This document shows positions 14,838 through 20,000 of a DNA stretch of 20,000 bases, in pieces. The stretch's first letter is position 1, and each line of letters opens with the position of its first letter. The translations under genes were made by a program, and so were the position numbers. Below the pieces are notes generated by a model, which worked only from the letters and a program-made list of their open reading frames with translations, was not told the origin of the DNA and did not search any database. This DNA is from an uncultured virus (IMG/VR IMGVR_UViG_2882649382_000014) (taxonomy: Duplodnaviria; Heunggongvirae; Uroviricota; Caudoviricetes), in the IMG/VR virus record IMGVR_UViG_2882649382_000014; one strand, given 5' to 3'.

Positions 14838-17828
14838 ATGGAAGAGGGAATCAGTCAGGGGATACAGCGGAATATCCACAAACGGGCAGAGAGTTATACT
14901 CCGGAGTGGCGTTTTCAGCCAGAAAGTTTAGATATTGGTTCTGCACTGGCGGTTGTCTATGCAGAAATGATGGCAGGAACTGTTAAGGCGTTTTCTAAGG
15001 TTATGCTTAAAAACCGAATAGCTTTTTTGAATGGACTGGATGCTGACATATTGCCGGCAGTCCCATCCCATGGGTATATACAGTTTTCTCTTATTAATGA
15101 AGAGGTGGAAGGCGCTGAAGTGGAAACAGGCACAACAGTGACTGCCAATGATGATAACCTGCCGGACGGGCAGGCTGCCTTTGAAACCAGGGATGATATC
15201 TTTGTGACGCCGGCTGCAGTATCGGATATTTATCAGGTATGTGACAGGCGGGATTTGATTTACAGGCTTTATGACAGGCAGGAAATGGAATGGAACCCTT
15301 TTTCCATGTTTGGTTTTGGCGGCATAAATTTACAAAAGCATGAAATGTATTTTTGTTATGATAGCCTTTTGTATATCCGCACAGAGGCACATATTGATTT
15401 TCGCTGGCTTAGCTGGGGTGGTATGGAGCTAAACGCAGAATATATAAATTTGTTAGCGGATTCTAAAAAAGCTGCCTTTGAATATTATACAGCGGAGGGG
15501 TGGGCGGCATTTGACGAGGTGGAAAAGACAGGAAAAGGTTTAGCTTTCCATAAAAATAAATCTCAGCCACAATTTACAAAAAAGGAACTGGAAGGAAAAG
15601 AGGGTTACTGGATTCGATTGAGGATTCTGGACTTTGCATTGTTTTCTAAGATGAGTTTATCCTGTGTGCGTCTTTCGGCGCAGAGCCGGGATATGCTGCC
15701 TGATATCGTTTTCGGTACGGAAGGGGAGAGTAACCTGAACCGGTATTTTCCATTTGGGGAAAGGCTTGGGCTGTATCAGGAAGTTTACTTTGGATCAGAG
15801 GAGATACTGTCAAAAAAAGGGGCGCAGGTGACGCTTTCTTTTGGGATTCGTTTTGCAAAAATTCCTCTTGAAACAAATAGCGGGGATGAACTGCATTGGG
15901 AATGGATTATGAAGCAAAGCGACTTTAAGCAGGATGTATCGTTTGACGTTACGGTAGAATCGGTTATTTGGGAGTATTATAACGGTTTTGGGTGGACAAG
16001 GCTTTTTGCGGATGACCGGTATCACCGTATTTTCTCTGTTACAGACGGAACCGGAGGACAGTACAGGTCATTGCAGTTTATCTGTCCGGAAGATATAGAA
16101 AAAACGATAGTAAATGCGGCAGAGACTTACTATATACGTGCCCGTATTATGAAAATAAACAATCTGTATAAGCTGAAAGGGCATTATGTAGTTCCATGCC
16201 TGGAGAATACTTCCTTTTGTTACCGATATCCCGAGGAAGGGGCGGAGCCATTAGCATATATTTTTCATAATAATCTGATGAACAGCTTAATATATGGGAG
16301 GGATATCAGGGAAAAAGAACCTTTTTTGCCGTTTTGCCAGACGGACACGGAGAATACAGGCGTCTATTTTGGGTTTGAAGCGGCGCCAATGGGAAATCCG
16401 GTAAAGATGCTGTTTTGTATTGCAAATGACAGAAATCGCAGCCGGCAGCCGCTGCTTTGGGAATACTGGACAAGGAAAGGCTGGAAAAATGTGAATCCGG
16501 CAGATGAAACAGATTATCTTTCCAAGACAGGGATTATTACATTTGCGGGAAATACAGATATGGAAAAAAAGAGACTCTTTGGAAAAGAGCGATATTGGTT
16601 TCGGATTCGGGATATCGGAGATTCCTATTTTTCAGAAGAGGCTAAAGTGGATTTGCCAGTACTTCAAAGGATATATATGAACACAACAACGCTGCAAAAT
16701 ATATACAAAAGAGAACGGGAATATTTCAGGATGGAGATATTTCGGAAAGGACAGCGGTTTAGGCTTCTGGAAGGTAATGTATATGCTGCAAGGGTGTTTG
16801 TAGATGAGACTGGGTATCTGTCAGAACAGGAGTTGGAAAATCTGAAAGTGGAAGGGCTTATTTCGATTGAGGCAGATGATAACGGAATGCCAGAAAGGAT
16901 ATGGGTGGAATGGAAGCGGGTGCCTGATTTTTCAGAATCGGGTTCTACGGACCGGCATTTTGTTCTGTATGCTTTCCGTGGCGAATTGGTATTTGGGGAT
17001 GGAAGGCATGGGAGGATTCCTGCTATTTCCAGGATGGAAAACATTCGCATTGATTATTGCTGCGGGGGCGGGGCGTATACAAACCTGAAGGAAGGGAAAA
17101 TTGGCAGATTAGATAGGGCCATTGGATATATTAGCGGGGTGACAAACCCTGTGGCAATGTCCGGCGGCTGTAATGCAGAGACTCTGGAGGAAGCAGTGAA
17201 AAGGGAGTCGGCGGCGATACGGCACCAAAACAGGGCCGTTTCGGCGAAAGATTATGAGGAACTTGCCATGTGTGCGTCAAGGGAGATTCAATTGGCGAAA
17301 TGTTTTGCAGGGTATGATGCTTTGGGGAGACGCTCTGGTGGCGCAGTAACCTTGGTGGTACTGCCAAAACAGTTCCGTAAGGGGCAGATGGATTTTGCGC
17401 CTCTAAAGGAAAAAGTGCTGCAATATATGAAAGACAGGGTGAGCGTTTTTCTGCAGAACAGCCAAAAATTTTTTGTGGTGCATCCGGAGTTTATTGAAAT
17501 AAGGCTTTACATAGAGTTAAGTGTGGGAAATTTTAATGAGGTGTTTCGGGTAAAAAAAGAAATTCTGGAACGTTTAGAAAAGTTTTTGAGCCCTGCAGGG
17601 CGGCAGGGGGCAGAGGAAGGATGGGAGATAGGGAATTTTCCTAATATAATGCAGATACAAAATGCAATTAGTGATATCAGGGGAATTATTTATATCCGCA
17701 ATATTATGATGAGCACTTACACTGCGAATCCTGTCAGGCAGGAGGAGGTAGATGTTGAAAAGGTAAGGAAACACCGGTATGTTCTTCCGGTGAATGGGGA
17801 ACATGAAATTATCATTCATGTGGGATAA
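14838..17828 (+). CDS. Large baseplate J/gp6-like protein (eCIS type)
   Basis: YTPEW...DIGSAL, FET, WEY repeats, FGDGRHGRIP, YCCGGG...N, GG..AETLEEA...RAVSAKDYEELA, GAVTLVVLP. Confidence 0.88.
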   Translation: MEEGISQGIQRNIHKRAESYTPEWRFQPESLDIGSALAVVYAEMMAGTVKAFSKVMLKNRIAFLNGLDADILPAVPSHGYIQFSLINEEVEGAEVETGTTVTANDDNLPDGQAAFETRDDIFVTPAAVSDIYQVCDRRDLIYRLYDRQEMEWNPFSMFGFGGINLQKHEMYFCYDSLLYIRTEAHIDFRWLSWGGMELNAEYINLLADSKKAAFEYYTAEGWAAFDEVEKTGKGLAFHKNKSQPQFTKKELEGKEGYWIRLRILDFALFSKMSLSCVRLSAQSRDMLPDIVFGTEGESNLNRYFPFGERLGLYQEVYFGSEEILSKKGAQVTLSFGIRFAKIPLETNSGDELHWEWIMKQSDFKQDVSFDVTVESVIWEYYNGFGWTRLFADDRYHRIFSVTDGTGGQYRSLQFICPEDIEKTIVNAAETYYIRARIMKINNLYKLKGHYVVPCLENTSFCYRYPEEGAEPLAYIFHNNLMNSLIYGRDIREKEPFLPFCQTDTENTGVYFGFEAAPMGNPVKMLFCIANDRNRSRQPLLWEYWTRKGWKNVNPADETDYLSKTGIITFAGNTDMEKKRLFGKERYWFRIRDIGDSYFSEEAKVDLPVLQRIYMNTTTLQNIYKREREYFRMEIFRKGQRFRLLEGNVYAARVFVDETGYLSEQELENLKVEGLISIEADDNGMPERIWVEWKRVPDFSESGSTDRHFVLYAFRGELVFGDGRHGRIPAISRMENIRIDYCCGGGAYTNLKEGKIGRLDRAIGYISGVTNPVAMSGGCNAETLEEAVKRESAAIRHQNRAVSAKDYEELAMCASREIQLAKCFAGYDALGRRSGGAVTLVVLPKQFRKGQMDFAPLKEKVLQYMKDRVSVFLQNSQKFFVVHPEFIEIRLYIELSVGNFNEVFRVKKEILERLEKFLSPAGRQGAEEGWEIGNFPNIMQIQNAISDIRGIIYIRNIMMSTYTANPVRQEEVDVEKVRKHRYVLPVNGEHEIIIHVG

Positions 17829-17912
17829 AAAAAGGTATATATAGAAGGGAAAAGACCGCAGCTATGATTGCCTGATAAAGGGAAAGGTTCTGTAGGAAAA
17901 GGGGTGGTATAT

Positions 17913-20000
17913 GTGTTGCCAGACATCAGTTTGGATGAAAAAAGCTATGATGAAATACTGGATGAAGCGATAAACATGGTGATTAGCAAGTATCCTGGAT
18001 GGACAGATTTTAATGAGCATGATCCGGGAATTACCATGCTGGAACTTTTCGCTGTGTTAAAGGAAAGCCAGCAGTTTTTTGCAGGCAGGATTGGTGAAGA
18101 AAATAGGAAAAAGTACTTGAAATTGCTGGGAATGCAAAGAAAAACGAAACAGCCTGCAGAAAGCCTGGTTCATATTAAGGCAGATGGGAACTATGGGCTT
18201 CTTTATGGGCACAGGCTGGAGGCAGAAGGCCTTTGCTTTGAGACTGCGCATAAAAAGCAGCTGGCCGGGGAGGATGTTTGTGGCTGCATGGCAGTGAGTG
18301 AGGGGAAAATAGAGGATTTTATCAGCCGCAGGCAGATGGAGTTTAGTGGTATTCTGCGTTTTTGGAGTTTTGGGAAGAAGCCGGCACAGGGAAATACCAT
18401 GTATATTTGTTTTGGGGAAAGACTTCCAGAGAAGACGCTGTTAGATTTATTTGTAGAAGTATATAAAGGCTATAGTGTGAAAAGAAATCCACCGGAAGCC
18501 GGTTTTGTGCCGTTAGTGCAGCTGCAGTGGCAGTATTATACGGAACAGGGATGGAAGGAGTTAGAAAAGCTTCAGGATGAAACCTGTGCATTTCTTTTTG
18601 ATGGTTTTATTCGGTTTGTGTTGGAATGTCCTATGAAGCGGGCAGAAGTTATGGGGCGGCAGGGGTATTTTATCCGTGCAGTGCTTAGGGAAGGGGAATA
18701 TGATGCAGCCCCCGCCATAACAAGAATCAGCATGAATATATGCCGCGTAATACAACGTGAAACGCTGGTGGAATGTCTGATACAGGAAGAAATACAAAGC
18801 AGCATCAAAATTAGTACAGAACTTTGCGTCCTGGGCAGGAGTGAGATTTATATCGGAAAAGATGGGATTTTTTATCCCGTGGAAGACTTTACAAAAGATA
18901 TTTGTGAAGATGAGGGCGCAGTGAGATTTGATATTGAGGATGATAGGCTTGACAGCGCAGATTGTGTGATGGTACTTAACAGGGATCTATCATATCTTCA
19001 CAAAAGGAGAGCTGGTGTGGGAAATGGGTTTCCCGGCCAGGAAATTAATCTGGAGGATTTGCAGGTTTTATATGATGGTTTGGAAATATTGATACAGGAT
19101 GTGGAAAAGAAAGACGGTTTCTGCCTTTGGGAGAAAGTAGAGGATTTTGCAAGATCATCCCCGGAGGACAGGCATTACATATTTGATTCCGACAGGGGGA
19201 TGATTCGGTTTGGGGATTGTATTCATGGGATGGCGCCTGAAGGGGAAATTTTACTGGCAGGATATGTGAGGACCATGGGGAGTGATGGGAATGTGAAAGC
19301 AGGAAAAATCAACCGTTTCCGTATGCAGGGGCTGGAGGGGCTGAATCTTTCCAATATATGCGACGGAACCGGGGGATGCGATGAAGAAACGTTAGAGGAT
19401 AGTTTCTTTCGGGCAGGGCAGAGCCTGAAAAGGGCGGAATGTGCCGTTACAGGGCGGGATTATGAAGAATATGTCATGAAAACACCGGGGCTGATGATTG
19501 AAAGCTGCAAGATACTGCATCTAGACCATGTCAGGCAGTTTATCCAAAATGTTGATGAAATGACGGCTTATCTGGTGGTAAAACCGTATGGATGGAAAAA
19601 GGGCAGCCGGATAGAGGATATTTATGTACAAAATATTAAAAATTATCTGGAGCGTTACCGGATGGCTGGCAGCCAGGTGTTTATTTTTTTCCCGGAGTAT
19701 GTGGAGCTTGAGGTATATACAGAGGTAGTTGTTAAGCCGCAGTACCTTCATGTGGGAGAAAGGGTGAAACAGGCGGTTTACAGTTTTTTTGGCAGCTATC
19801 AGGAGACTTTTGGAAGCGTAATTGCCTATAGCAAACTGTATGGTTATCTTGACAGGCAGGAGTTCATTTTGGGCATCCGTTCCCTTAGCATGGATTGCAG
19901 GGGAAATAGCGTAAAAAGAAGCGCAGATGGGGATATTGTGCTGTCCCCTTATGGAATTGCCGTTTTGAAAGAGGTAAAGGCGGTATTGACGGCAGGTTAA
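17913..20000 (+). CDS. Second baseplate J/gp6-like protein (eCIS type)
   Basis: Probable GTG start 17913; LP.ISLD...Y, PGWTDFNEHDPGITMLELFA, IRFGD...G..P, GG.DEETLE, AVTGRDYE; stop TAA at 19998-20000. Confidence 0.88.
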   Translation: MLPDISLDEKSYDEILDEAINMVISKYPGWTDFNEHDPGITMLELFAVLKESQQFFAGRIGEENRKKYLKLLGMQRKTKQPAESLVHIKADGNYGLLYGHRLEAEGLCFETAHKKQLAGEDVCGCMAVSEGKIEDFISRRQMEFSGILRFWSFGKKPAQGNTMYICFGERLPEKTLLDLFVEVYKGYSVKRNPPEAGFVPLVQLQWQYYTEQGWKELEKLQDETCAFLFDGFIRFVLECPMKRAEVMGRQGYFIRAVLREGEYDAAPAITRISMNICRVIQRETLVECLIQEEIQSSIKISTELCVLGRSEIYIGKDGIFYPVEDFTKDICEDEGAVRFDIEDDRLDSADCVMVLNRDLSYLHKRRAGVGNGFPGQEINLEDLQVLYDGLEILIQDVEKKDGFCLWEKVEDFARSSPEDRHYIFDSDRGMIRFGDCIHGMAPEGEILLAGYVRTMGSDGNVKAGKINRFRMQGLEGLNLSNICDGTGGCDEETLEDSFFRAGQSLKRAECAVTGRDYEEYVMKTPGLMIESCKILHLDHVRQFIQNVDEMTAYLVVKPYGWKKGSRIEDIYVQNIKNYLERYRMAGSQVFIFFPEYVELEVYTEVVVKPQYLHVGERVKQAVYSFFGSYQETFGSVIAYSKLYGYLDRQEFILGIRSLSMDCRGNSVKRSADGDIVLSPYGIAVLKEVKAVLTAG

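Noticed and set aside
12352..19751. Numerous short minus-strand and alternate-frame ORFs in the ORF track
   Set aside because: Shadow ORFs overlapping well-supported genes, with no RBS or recognisable motifs; the same applies to those opposite the endolysin and transposase.

Overview
Low-GC Firmicute (Lachnospiraceae/Clostridiales-like, inferred from gene content) accessory window with three blocks. (1) 1-3385: the end of a prophage: holin, endolysin, SPOR protein, an unannotated candidate type I toxin-antitoxin locus, a ribbon-helix-helix regulator and an IS30-family transposase with only one terminal IR, consistent with an IS30-bounded phage. (2) ~3400-10530: decaying mobile-element cargo: two DUF2281-like genes, an Rpn/PD-(D/E)XK nuclease, ICE-type hypotheticals carrying in-frame palindromic insertions, a truncated serine resolvase, an IS remnant, a PfkB sugar kinase with a structured leader, and nested inverted repeats. 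(3) 10563-20000: an intact tyrosine recombinase, then a ~190-bp segment bounded by perfect 21-bp dif-like inverted repeats that contains a sigma-A promoter pointing away from an extracellular contractile injection system (eCIS)-type operon (LysM tube initiator, gpD-like hub, gpV spike, gp25, two baseplate J-like proteins). The top candidate discovery is a recombinase-driven invertible promoter (phase-variation switch, here OFF) controlling a contractile injection system. All family assignments come from motif recognition, not database searches.
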